Shown here: positions 1-8,985 of the stretch, piece by piece | How positions within the stretch are numbered: position 1 is the stretch's first letter | Layout: each line of letters begins with the position of its first letter | Origin: a bacterium | Lineage (GTDB): Bacteria; Electryoneota; AABM5-125-24; Hatepunaeales; Hatepunaeaceae | Assembly (NCBI GenBank): GCA_021734165.1 | Contig: JAIPJL010000004.1 | Coordinates: forward strand, 951 to 64,950 | Reading direction: 5' to 3' | DNA length: 64,000 bases | Translations under genes and position numbers: made by a program | Notes under the pieces: generated by a model | The model's input: only the letters and a program-made list of their open reading frames with translations | Databases searched by the model: none | What the model was told of the DNA's origin: nothing

Positions 1-168
1 GCTTATGACGTATCCGGACGCCGAGTTGCTGAGCTGACATCGGGCAGGCAGGTTTCCGGCGTTCACACCGTCATGTTTGATGGCAAGGACATGCCGAGCG
101 GCGTTTACATGCTGCGTTTGCAGGCAGGGGGACAAAGTTCGATGATGAAGGTTATGCTGGTGAAATAG
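1..168 (+). CDS. 3' end of a secreted protein with T9SS-type C-terminal sorting domain (partial)
   Basis: Frame 1 reads AYDVSGRRVAEL...MPSGVYMLRLQAGGQSSMMKVMLVK-stop (TAG 166-168), the same tail pattern as the other CTD proteins here. Confidence 0.85.
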   Translation, partial: AYDVSGRRVAELTSGRQVSGVHTVMFDGKDMPSGVYMLRLQAGGQSSMMKVMLVK

Positions 169-187
169 GTGTGTAAGTGTGAAAGTA

Positions 188-213
188 AATCCCCCCGCGT
201 CTGCGGGGGGATT
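188..213. terminator. GC-rich hairpin AATCCCCCCGC-gtct-GCGGGGGGATT (terminator/REP-like)
   Basis: Perfect 11-bp stem 20 bp after a stop codon; near-identical copy at 2059-2085. Confidence 0.7.
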
Positions 214-243
214 ATGGTTTTGCTATCTAAAAACGAAACACAC

Positions 244-272
244 TTGCTTCAAACTGTTTTATAAATTATATT
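244..272 (+). promoter_or_regulatory. Putative sigma-70 promoter
   Basis: TTGCTT-17 bp-TATATT; AGGAG RBS precedes the ATG at 357. Confidence 0.5.
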
Positions 273-356
273 TATATAAGTCCAAGATTGAAAACACATC
301 TACTTTCCATTCTTTGACGCTGTTAATGATTTCCGCTTAATTTAGGAGGATAGATC

Positions 357-2018
357 ATGTCACGTCGTTTAATTCTTTTTTTTCTATTAGCATTTTTACC
401 AGTCTCAATCTTCGCTATTCAGTTTGATCTGGGATTGGATGAAGGAATCGAGTTCCCTGAGACTGTGGTTAACGAAACAAGTACCATCGAATTTATTGTT
501 TCCGAACCAAATGATGTGCAGCCGGTTGTTGTGCATATTGATCAACCGGAACCGGAAGTGTTCACAATTGAACCGAATGAGCAGGTGCTCAGAGGCGGTG
601 AAAGAATTATATTTGAAGTATCATTTACCCCGGATGAGGCAGGTGAGATTGAAGGCAGACTTGAAGGTACTTACGTTAGCATAAATGGCGGAAGACCCGT
701 TGCATTCAACACTACCCTCTTCGGAGTTGCAATTCAGGGAGAAAATCCGGCTATTGAAGTTCACCCATTAGAGCTTGTGTTAGAACTTAACGAACCCGGC
801 GACAGCGACGAAGCTACGGCTGATGTCGGTAACTCAGGCGAAGGAGATTTAGAATTCGAAGTAATCATCGCTGATGACTGCGACTGGTTAGAAGTTGATC
901 CTGAAGGTGGTGAAATCGCCGGTAATAGCGACCAGATAATACAGCTCACCTTCAGTACAACCAATGCTGTTCCCGACAGCGGTAGGTACAACGCCGAAGT
1001 CGTTATAAGCTCTAACGATCCGGAAAACGAAGAAGTTATAGTTGATGTAACACTTACCGTTGCGTATCATCCTGTGCCTGTAATAGCGGTTGACGCAGAG
1101 AATATTGAACTAAGTATAACAGAACTTGATCAGCACGTGCAAGAAACGTTTATCATCTCGAACGGTGGTGAAAGAACACTTGAATATCAAATCGCCGTGC
1201 CTGAATTGCCGTGGATAGATGTCAATCCAATTGCAGGTGAACTTGATCCGGATTCAGAGCAGGAGATAGTGGTTGAAGGTATCCATTCCGGTCTGCCTAA
1301 TGGCGAGTATGAAGCTGTTTTATTTATCAATTCCAACGATCCGGAGAACAGCGAAATATCGTTGATTGTCAGGTTGGTTGTCAACATAGAAGAAAACGTA
1401 CCCCGAATTACGTTGAGTGATGATACGGTTAGATTTGAAATAACAGAGCCTGAACAACAGGACATTGATACATTGATTATCAGCAATAGTGGATATCAAC
1501 CGCTTGAAATCCTAATTGTCACACTTGGTGATCCTGATCACATGTGGTATTGGATTGACAACGATTCAATAACAATAGATCCCAATTCGCAGTTTGAATT
1601 CACAATAAGGACAAAAACATACTTACCGGAAAACGGAGAACGTTATAGCACATTCTGGATCAATTCAAACGATCCTGAAAACGAGGAGGTTGCAGTAAGT
1701 GTACACCTGATAGTAGATATTAATGGAATAACGGATACTGAATCTATTTTGTCTCAAGCGTTTTTCATGTCAGAGTCGTATCCTAATCCCTTTAATTCAA
1801 ATACAACGATCAGCTTCGATCTGCCGGTTCCCGTAAGTGTGAATTTGAAAATATATGATCTCTGCGGAAGGGAAATTGCAGTGATAGAGGAAGGCTGGTT
1901 CAAAGCAGGACGTTATACTGCTGTCTGGGATGCGAAGGATTATCCCGTCGGAATGTACCTGTGCAGGATGGATGCTGGTGGATTCAGGGCAGCGAGGAAA
2001 GTTTTATTAGTTAAGTGA
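357..2018 (+). CDS. Secreted Ig-like (choice-of-anchor D/ASH-type) repeat protein with T9SS CTD
   Basis: Signal peptide; repeated 'I.SNDPEN.E' beta-sandwich units; YPNPFN...KVLLVK tail. Confidence 0.8.
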   Translation: MSRRLILFFLLAFLPVSIFAIQFDLGLDEGIEFPETVVNETSTIEFIVSEPNDVQPVVVHIDQPEPEVFTIEPNEQVLRGGERIIFEVSFTPDEAGEIEGRLEGTYVSINGGRPVAFNTTLFGVAIQGENPAIEVHPLELVLELNEPGDSDEATADVGNSGEGDLEFEVIIADDCDWLEVDPEGGEIAGNSDQIIQLTFSTTNAVPDSGRYNAEVVISSNDPENEEVIVDVTLTVAYHPVPVIAVDAENIELSITELDQHVQETFIISNGGERTLEYQIAVPELPWIDVNPIAGELDPDSEQEIVVEGIHSGLPNGEYEAVLFINSNDPENSEISLIVRLVVNIEENVPRITLSDDTVRFEITEPEQQDIDTLIISNSGYQPLEILIVTLGDPDHMWYWIDNDSITIDPNSQFEFTIRTKTYLPENGERYSTFWINSNDPENEEVAVSVHLIVDINGITDTESILSQAFFMSESYPNPFNSNTTISFDLPVPVSVNLKIYDLCGREIAVIEEGWFKAGRYTAVWDAKDYPVGMYLCRMDAGGFRAARKVLLVK

Positions 2019-2058
2019 GTATGTGTCAGTAGAACAAACGTTTTAACCTGTTAATAGA

Positions 2059-2085
2059 AAATCCCCCCGCAATGCGGGGGGATTT
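2059..2085. terminator. Hairpin AAATCCCCCCGC-aat-GCGGGGGGATTT between convergent genes
   Basis: Perfect 12-bp stem between stops at 2018 (+) and 2110 (-). Confidence 0.75.
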
Positions 2086-2109
2086 GATTCTAATCAATAT
2101 AATTGGAAT

Positions 2110-5100
2110 TTATTTCACCAGCACAATCCTCTGTAATTCCTTCGCATCTCCGGCGCTAAAACTGATATAATAAGCGCCTGTGCTCCAGTTGTGAGCGTTG
2201 AGAGGGATTATATTCTCTCCCGCACCGAACAATCCGGATTCCGATATGACAATCCTCCCCGACAAGTCAAACACTGTTGCGTTAATCTGAGCCGTTCGAG
2301 CTAACCTGAACGGCAGATAAACCGTTTCATTAAATGGATTCGGATAAGGCGTTCCAACCGAGAAATCCTGTGGTAATAGAATCTGTCCTTTAACCGAAGT
2401 TTCAATAGTACCAAACCACTCAAGCATCGCGGTAATAGTCTCTGCTCTGAAAGGAGTGCGTTCAAGCTGATGTATGCCTTCCAAGCCAAAAGCAAGATAA
2501 ACGCTTCTCGCTCCGGATTCAGGATTATCATACCTGACGCCTGCTCCGGGCAGCCCATCTTCTCTCGGATAATAGAAAGCCTCAACTGCCGGTTCGATAG
2601 CTTCAACTGCTCCCGGACGCTCTTGATTACCGGCGCTTTGCCCGGATAAAAGCAGTCGCATACCTCTTCCAACCGGATCATCATCCGCTCCGCGTACCTC
2701 TCGTTGATGAAGTGAGTCCGTCACATTCCGGCAACCAAGGTAATCAGCGAAGAATTCCTCAGTTCCATCAACATCACCCAATGATTGTCCGCTGAGTATT
2801 AAATTACCGCCTCCATCAAGATAGCTTGCTAATGCTTCACGATCAGATTCCGTTAGTATTCCTTCTCTGTCATCTCCGGTGAACCAGATTATGGCGTCAA
2901 ACAGCGCTAATTGGTCGGCAAGCGGTTGATCTTCCATTGCCGTATTGTATTGTGTGTAAACAATATCCATCATATCCAGCGCTTCACAGTAGTATGAAGA
3001 ATAATCTTTACCTTGCGAACCATCCCTGTATATAAGCAAAGGAGGCGCTCCAATGGGAATACGGAGGGTATCATAAAGCTCTTGTTCACGCCTGTCTGCA
3101 TACACCGTTAAAAAAATAGAAGCAAATCCGGTTTCAGCATCCTCGTTAATTCTGAAAAGCAGCGGTTCAGGAGTTGACGCCCACTCACCGACATTGATTT
3201 GCCCAAGATCAACTTCATTCTGAACAAACTCGATTCCCTCATAATCTGTTTCGATCATAATACGAACTCTCTGATTATAGGTGGGGATCAGATCGGCGCT
3301 ACGGAACACTTCCGCATCGATTATAATGGTCTCTCCCTGCTCCCACAATCCGTTGCCGTTTCCCTCAGCTTCATCCTCAATCACTACTTCTCTCAGCACA
3401 AAGTGAACGGGATCACCTGGACCAATCCCATGACGTGTAAATTCTTCGTATAAAATCTGGTAATTAGGCGAGCCGTTAGTCAGATCACCATCATCATCGT
3501 CGGTTAACAGAATATCCTGAAAATATGAGCTAAAATCACGAGCATAATGATATCGAGCAAAATGAAACAGCGAATCACAGTAGTCCTTGCCGAGTACTTC
3601 TCGTGAATGCCACATCGCCGCGGAAATCATACGCGAATCTGCGTGAACTTCATCCTGGATATCATCCGGATAGGTTAGGTTGTTATCAAGATTGCGCATG
3701 TAACGATTAGCGCCCATCAAACCACCTTCACCCATCAACGGTTCATCCGTTATTGAACAGGGAAAGTAATCCGACCATGCTTCATTCATCGCACCTGATT
3801 CTCCTTCGTAGGGTAAGGCATGATTACCATAAACTTCCGAAGTTACAGAGTGAGTGTATTCATGGTAGATAACATCAGCATAGAGGGCAAAATTGTCATA
3901 ATTCCTTCCTCTGCCAAAAAATATCCCTTGTGCGCTGCTGAAAGCATTATCTTCATAGCCCTCAAGCCCTTCGCCTCCCAAACCGCAAACTGCGAGAATC
4001 GGATAATCCATTCCATCAAATTCTGCTTCTACATCCTTCCAGAAATCATGGATCACATTGACATGGTAATAAAGATTACGCTCATCATCTCTGGAATTAT
4101 CATCCATCCAATTCACTTCGACCACTTCTTCAGGTTGATGTATCTCTATTTCCTGACTCGTTATTTCAGCAATATCAGCTATATCTTCGTCCCATTTATG
4201 AACTTCCGCCCATAGTCCGCGCAATTCCGTATTGAGCATAAAAGAAGAATCCTGCTGAATTATTTCAAAATGAAAACCACCCTCCTCATCAGTAAAATCT
4301 TCATCAACATCAACCAGATGAACCCACTCATTTACAAAAATGTTTGTGTCAGGATCGGCAGCGCCATAGAGAGGATAGTATGATCCATCAATCATCCCAG
4401 CGAGTTCATCGAAATATACTCTGTTTTCAGCAGCGAGTATAGCGCCTGTTTCGGCGTCAACGTAAATTACCGGCTGCAAAGCAGGATTGACAGAGTTAAG
4501 GCTGACCTGATATGCATATCTCAAGGTTACTTCTTCGTTAGAATCCGAGCGTGGCAGTAATACTCGTTCTGCCTGTGTACTTTTACATTCTGTTGATATT
4601 GATTCGCATGCCAACTGGATAGCTGTCTGTTCATCAAGCTTGAAACTTCCGCTGCGGTTTGATCCGAATCCTTGCGCTTTCAGTGAAGCTATCGCACCGA
4701 ATTGATTAATACTTAGGATAACCCAGGCGTCATAAACCGGAATGTCACCAATTATCGGTTCAACAGTTACAATAGTCCATTTCAAAGCTTTCTGTACAGA
4801 TACAACCTTAAGATCACAACCTGCCATTCCTAATTTATCAGACCATCTATCAACAAATTCAAGCGAATTATCCGACAGAACCTTCTCGTTGCTCAGATCA
4901 GAAACAATAGTGATTGGTGAACCATAAGCTCTGGCAATGCTGCCAGTATTAGCATAATGGTAAACATTCCAGTTTTTATCGGGTTCCGGCTGCCAGGTTG
5001 ACGGCTGAAGGCTTGTTTTACCGCTTATATTCATTATCGATGGTGACTCAGCGGGAAGGGAAATAACGGACTGTTGGAATTGAACTGCCCTGACCGGTGT

Positions 5101-5169
5101 AACCTGTAGTGTAACACAACAGACAAATAATACAATTAAAACAGTATTTCTAAGGATCATCCTTGACAT
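2110..5169 (-). CDS. Secreted M4/M36-type zinc metalloprotease (propeptide, catalytic, accessory domains, T9SS CTD)
   Basis: Signal peptide; FTP/PepSY-like region (YVDAETGAIL); HEYTH zinc motif and downstream GAMNEAWSD; YPNPFN tail. Confidence 0.85.
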   Translation of the reverse strand: MSRMILRNTVLIVLFVCCVTLQVTPVRAVQFQQSVISLPAESPSIMNISGKTSLQPSTWQPEPDKNWNVYHYANTGSIARAYGSPITIVSDLSNEKVLSDNSLEFVDRWSDKLGMAGCDLKVVSVQKALKWTIVTVEPIIGDIPVYDAWVILSINQFGAIASLKAQGFGSNRSGSFKLDEQTAIQLACESISTECKSTQAERVLLPRSDSNEEVTLRYAYQVSLNSVNPALQPVIYVDAETGAILAAENRVYFDELAGMIDGSYYPLYGAADPDTNIFVNEWVHLVDVDEDFTDEEGGFHFEIIQQDSSFMLNTELRGLWAEVHKWDEDIADIAEITSQEIEIHQPEEVVEVNWMDDNSRDDERNLYYHVNVIHDFWKDVEAEFDGMDYPILAVCGLGGEGLEGYEDNAFSSAQGIFFGRGRNYDNFALYADVIYHEYTHSVTSEVYGNHALPYEGESGAMNEAWSDYFPCSITDEPLMGEGGLMGANRYMRNLDNNLTYPDDIQDEVHADSRMISAAMWHSREVLGKDYCDSLFHFARYHYARDFSSYFQDILLTDDDDGDLTNGSPNYQILYEEFTRHGIGPGDPVHFVLREVVIEDEAEGNGNGLWEQGETIIIDAEVFRSADLIPTYNQRVRIMIETDYEGIEFVQNEVDLGQINVGEWASTPEPLLFRINEDAETGFASIFLTVYADRREQELYDTLRIPIGAPPLLIYRDGSQGKDYSSYYCEALDMMDIVYTQYNTAMEDQPLADQLALFDAIIWFTGDDREGILTESDREALASYLDGGGNLILSGQSLGDVDGTEEFFADYLGCRNVTDSLHQREVRGADDDPVGRGMRLLLSGQSAGNQERPGAVEAIEPAVEAFYYPREDGLPGAGVRYDNPESGARSVYLAFGLEGIHQLERTPFRAETITAMLEWFGTIETSVKGQILLPQDFSVGTPYPNPFNETVYLPFRLARTAQINATVFDLSGRIVISESGLFGAGENIIPLNAHNWSTGAYYISFSAGDAKELQRIVLVK

Positions 5170-5316
5170 GGCAACCTCTTATATGCAGTTTACGTTGTTT
5201 GCTGGAACTAATGAAGGCTCTAAAACATTCAAGCTTTAACCTTGATTTAGATCGCCAGCTTGTTTAAATTAACTATTTTCATAGTAATACACAATACCTG
5301 ATTGAAAATTTGAACA

Positions 5317-6009
5317 TTGACTAACGGGCTTTCAGAAAAACTGCTTGAAATTTATAGGCTTTTGTATGATCATTTCGGACATCGCAACTGGTGGCCCGGT
5401 GAAACTCCCTTCGAAGTGATTATTGGAGCAATACTGACTCAAAACACAGCCTGGACTAATGTTGAAAAAGCAATCAATAACCTGAAAGCTGCCGATGCGC
5501 TGACAATCGAAAGAATACTCTCGCTGCCTGCCGATGAGCTGGCTTTGCTGATTCGACCATCGGGATATTATAATCAAAAAGCGCTCAGATTAAAGGCTGT
5601 CTGTCAATATTTTAGTGGTTGGACTTGGAGACAATCCCGACCAAGAAAGGAATTACCCACATCAACACTGCGAGCCGAGTTGCTGGCAATAAACGGTATC
5701 GGACCCGAAACGGCAGACAGCATTTTGTTATACGCTCTTGACCGAACAGTATTTGTGGTCGATACTTACACAAAACGAGCCTTAAACAGGTTAGAGATTA
5801 TTGACAATAGGGCAAAGTATGACGATATTCAACAACTGTTTGTAAATAATCTCGAACCGGATCGAGAGTTGTTCAACGATTATCATGCGCAGTTTGTCGC
5901 ACTGGGGAAATACTATTGTCGGACGAAACCGTTATGTAATGAATGTCCACTTAAAGGGATTTGTAGTTATAATCAGCAATCACGAATCATAAATCACGAA
6001 TTAAAATGA
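5317..6009 (+). CDS. Endonuclease III-related HhH-GPD DNA glycosylase with 4Fe-4S motif
   Basis: GAILTQNT, GIGPETADSILLYA (HhH), VVDTY, C-x6-C-x2-C-x5-C (CRTKPLCNECPLKGIC); TTG start. Confidence 0.9.
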   Translation: MTNGLSEKLLEIYRLLYDHFGHRNWWPGETPFEVIIGAILTQNTAWTNVEKAINNLKAADALTIERILSLPADELALLIRPSGYYNQKALRLKAVCQYFSGWTWRQSRPRKELPTSTLRAELLAINGIGPETADSILLYALDRTVFVVDTYTKRALNRLEIIDNRAKYDDIQQLFVNNLEPDRELFNDYHAQFVALGKYYCRTKPLCNECPLKGICSYNQQSRIINHELK

Positions 6010-6965
6010 AAGCTCTGCGTTTTATAAATAAACAATTAGAACTCCAGGAGATAGACTTAAAGCCCACTCCTGAGAACGAGGCGTTAATTCGAGTTGTAAT
6101 TGCCGGAATCTGTGCGACCGATATGGAAATCATCAAAGGCTACATGGATTTTGAAGGCGTTATCGGACATGAATTTGTCGGTATTGTTGAGGAATGTCAG
6201 ACAAATCCCGATCTGATCGGTAAACGTGTTGTTGGAGAGATCAACGCTGCCTGTGGGAAATGCGTTTGGTGTATGAAAGGGCTGGGGCGTCACTGCCCGG
6301 ATAGAACCACGCTGGGAATATTCGGTCGTGACGGAGCTTTTACCGAATATGTTCACCTTCCGGTCGAAAACCTGCATATAGTTCCGGAAAACATCACTAA
6401 CCGCAACGCAGTATTCGTCGAACCACTGGCAGCGGCTTATGAAATACTTGAGCAGATCAATATTCGGACTGATGTGCCAGTATTGTTAATCGGTGATGGA
6501 AAACTGGCTCAGTTGATAATCAGAGTTCTCGCGCGTAGAGGCTGCCAAATCCATGTTGCAGGAGTTTCTGAGCGGAAGATTGAACGCATGAATGGTTTAT
6601 ACAGCCGCGTTTACATCAGAGAATTTCCAATGCCGGATATTTACACTATAGTTATCGAAGCATCCGGTTCGCCGGTTGGCTGGGATGCTGCTGTAAGTAC
6701 CGTCGAACCAAGGGGAACAATCATTCTGAAAAGTACATTTGCTGATGCTTTTAGTTTCAATCCTGCGCCTTTGGTAATAAAGGAAGTTACTGTTATCGGT
6801 TCAAGGTGCGGTACATTTGGAAAAGCTTTGGAAGCGCTTTCAGGTGGTATGAGAGTCAGCGACCTTATTGATGCAGAATTCACTTTTGATGACTGGCAGG
6901 AGGCTTTCAAAAAGGCACACGATCCTGAAACGCTTAAGGTTATTTTACGCATGGAAGGCATTTGA
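6006..6965 (+). CDS. Zinc-dependent alcohol dehydrogenase (MDR family)
   Basis: GICATD, GHEFVG, structural Zn CGKCVWC...C, IGDGKLA; ATGA overlap with upstream gene. Confidence 0.9.
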   Translation: MKALRFINKQLELQEIDLKPTPENEALIRVVIAGICATDMEIIKGYMDFEGVIGHEFVGIVEECQTNPDLIGKRVVGEINAACGKCVWCMKGLGRHCPDRTTLGIFGRDGAFTEYVHLPVENLHIVPENITNRNAVFVEPLAAAYEILEQINIRTDVPVLLIGDGKLAQLIIRVLARRGCQIHVAGVSERKIERMNGLYSRVYIREFPMPDIYTIVIEASGSPVGWDAAVSTVEPRGTIILKSTFADAFSFNPAPLVIKEVTVIGSRCGTFGKALEALSGGMRVSDLIDAEFTFDDWQEAFKKAHDPETLKVILRMEGI

Positions 6966-7972
6966 AAAGAATACATTCAACACCAACGGAGATAAGTCAT
7001 CCGGTTGAAGCAGAACCGATTATTGATGCAGATATTTGGGAAAATTTCTGGGAAAATGCTGTCAACGGAACGCTGTTTCATTCGCTGAAATTCATGTCTT
7101 ACCATCCTGCAGACAGGTTCAAACAGCATCACCTTGGCTTTAAACGCAAAGGCAACCTTGTGGGTATCTTTCTTAGCGCTGAGCGGGATGAAGATGGTGT
7201 TAAGACCTGGGTTTCACATCCGGGAGCATCTTATGGGGGTCCGGCATGGTCTAAAGGACTCCGCTATCACCATCTCGAAAGCCTTATTACAGCGCTTGTT
7301 GAGTATGCAAAGACACAGAACTTCGGTCGGATAAGAATGACGCCTCCACCGGCAATATATAATCTAATTCCGGAAGAAACGCTCCGATTCGCTCTGATGA
7401 GACACGGCTTTAAAATTGTACGCAGTGAATTAACCCAGGCAGTTAAACTCGACTTTGATGAAGATCAACTTATCGATCAAATGGTTAACAAAACACGTAC
7501 AGCTTATAGAAAGGCTGTAAAGGAAGGACTCCAGTTCAGGATTATCGAAAAACCTACTCAAGCTGAGTTTGATCGTTTCAACGAAATACTTGTTGAAAAC
7601 AGGGCTGGATTAGGCGTCGTGCCTGCTCATAGTCGTGAGGAAATAGAAAAACTTCACAACCTTGTTCCAGATAAACTAATGATGGCAGTTATAGAGCATC
7701 ATGGCAGGATGGTTTCCGTAATCTGGAACTTTATATGCAACAAAAGTACTGTGCTTGAATTTTACATGGCGCATATTGCTGATGCGCAAATCTTAAGACC
7801 GGTTACATTTCTGACTTATCATACGCTGCTCTGGGCGAAACGTAAGGGGTTTAAATGGTTAGATTTTGGCATTTCTTCGATTGACGGTGAGCCAACCTGG
7901 GGACTAATGAAATACAAAGAGAACTTCCAGGCGAAACATTTTATGAGATTAACGTATCAGCTTGATTTGTGA
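6962..7972 (+). CDS. GNAT/FemAB-like acyltransferase
   Basis: SHPGASYGG, tandem GNAT layout, WLDFGISS...GLMKYKENF; TTG start overlapping upstream TGA. Confidence 0.75.
   Translation: MKRIHSTPTEISHPVEAEPIIDADIWENFWENAVNGTLFHSLKFMSYHPADRFKQHHLGFKRKGNLVGIFLSAERDEDGVKTWVSHPGASYGGPAWSKGLRYHHLESLITALVEYAKTQNFGRIRMTPPPAIYNLIPEETLRFALMRHGFKIVRSELTQAVKLDFDEDQLIDQMVNKTRTAYRKAVKEGLQFRIIEKPTQAEFDRFNEILVENRAGLGVVPAHSREEIEKLHNLVPDKLMMAVIEHHGRMVSVIWNFICNKSTVLEFYMAHIADAQILRPVTFLTYHTLLWAKRKGFKWLDFGISSIDGEPTWGLMKYKENFQAKHFMRLTYQLDL
7910..7972 (+). repeat. 63-bp direct repeat, copy 1 (3' end of GNAT gene)
   Basis: 49/63 nt identical to 8708-8770 by manual alignment; first 20 nt identical. Confidence 0.9.
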
Positions 7973-7991
7973 TTCGTAATTACTCTGATAA

Positions 7992-8705
7992 ATGAAATCA
8001 CACATTAAAAGAGTACTTCCTAGATTTCTGCATCATTTTTATAACCGAATCGTTTCCCGTCGCAAGATCGCCGACCGGCTCGGTTCATGGTTTGAACTCG
8101 ATTGGAAAAAGAAAGCTGAGAACGCTGATACTTCAACCTGGGTTGATGTTTATGACAGATATTGGGAACACTGGTCGAAGCAGGATTTGTCAGAAAAGGA
8201 TTTAGAAAAATTTTTGCAGAGCATTACAAAGGGAAGTTCAGTGCTTGACGCCGGTTGCGGTGACGGATACCTGTTAGATAGTCTATCTAATAAGTGCAGT
8301 ATGATGACGGGAGTCGATATTTCCAGCGCTGCCTTGCAAAAGGCTCGCAAGCGGTTTGGAGATAACATTCTACTTATTCAATCTTTTATTGAGAACCTGC
8401 CGTTTGCCGATAATTCATTCGATACAGTGGTATCAGCGCATACACTCGAACATGTCAAGGACATAGATAAAGCTGTTTCCGAACTGAAACGGGTTGCAGT
8501 AAAGAGTCTTGTGATACTTGTACCAAGACAGGAATATCTGCCATATACTGAGGATTATCATTTACAATTTTTTCCGACTGAACAGGATCTATTGGACAAA
8601 GTTGGTATCAAGGGAGCGCGGTGCGAACGATACGTAACGGGTAATGAAAAGACCAATTATCAAGGAGATGTATTGTTATTGGCGGTGAGCCTACTTGGTG
8701 ATTAA
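7992..8705 (+). CDS. Class I SAM-dependent methyltransferase
   Basis: VLDAGCGDG motif I, GVDIS motif II, LPFADNSFDTVVSAHTLEHV. Confidence 0.9.
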   Translation: MKSHIKRVLPRFLHHFYNRIVSRRKIADRLGSWFELDWKKKAENADTSTWVDVYDRYWEHWSKQDLSEKDLEKFLQSITKGSSVLDAGCGDGYLLDSLSNKCSMMTGVDISSAALQKARKRFGDNILLIQSFIENLPFADNSFDTVVSAHTLEHVKDIDKAVSELKRVAVKSLVILVPRQEYLPYTEDYHLQFFPTEQDLLDKVGIKGARCERYVTGNEKTNYQGDVLLLAVSLLGD

Positions 8706-8707
8706 TA

Positions 8708-8770
8708 AAATACAAAGAGAACTTCCATGCAAAGCATTTTATGAGGCTTATTTACCAAATCGATTTATAA
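8708..8770 (+). repeat. 63-bp direct repeat, copy 2: orphan remnant of the GNAT 3' end
   Basis: Translates KYKENFHAKHFMRLIYQIDL* versus KYKENFQAKHFMRLTYQLDL*. Confidence 0.9.
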
Positions 8771-8824
8771 CACTTAACAAACTGCTTTTCTAACGGAACA
8801 TCCTCATTGTTTTGCGCTAATCAC

Positions 8825-8853
8825 TTGACATTATACTAACAATTACGTAATTT
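8825..8853 (+). promoter_or_regulatory. Sigma-70 promoter of citrate synthase
   Basis: TTGACA-17 bp-TAATTT. Confidence 0.65.
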
Positions 8854-8985
8854 ATTTCACAAGTTCGCATAATTTTTTTATTCGGTAGTATCTGTTTGTT
8901 TTAACATAAGTTAAAAAACATTTCATCTATAACTGCCCGCTTCAGACAGATCTGTTGGGCAGTAAAAATCACAGGAGTAATTTAA

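Noticed and set aside
5975-6003. Short heptamer-like repeats at the ends of the endonuclease III-like gene (and anmK, about 32100-32140)
   Set aside because: Only two or three degenerate units with no spacers; not a CRISPR or a usable VNTR.
7910-8770. 63-bp repeat pair as a DGR template/variable repeat
   Set aside because: Differences are not adenine-specific, are mostly synonymous, and no reverse transcriptase is in the window.
8845-8862. Rex-like operator over the gltA -10 box
   Set aside because: Only 10 of 14 consensus positions match, with one good half-site, in AT-rich DNA.
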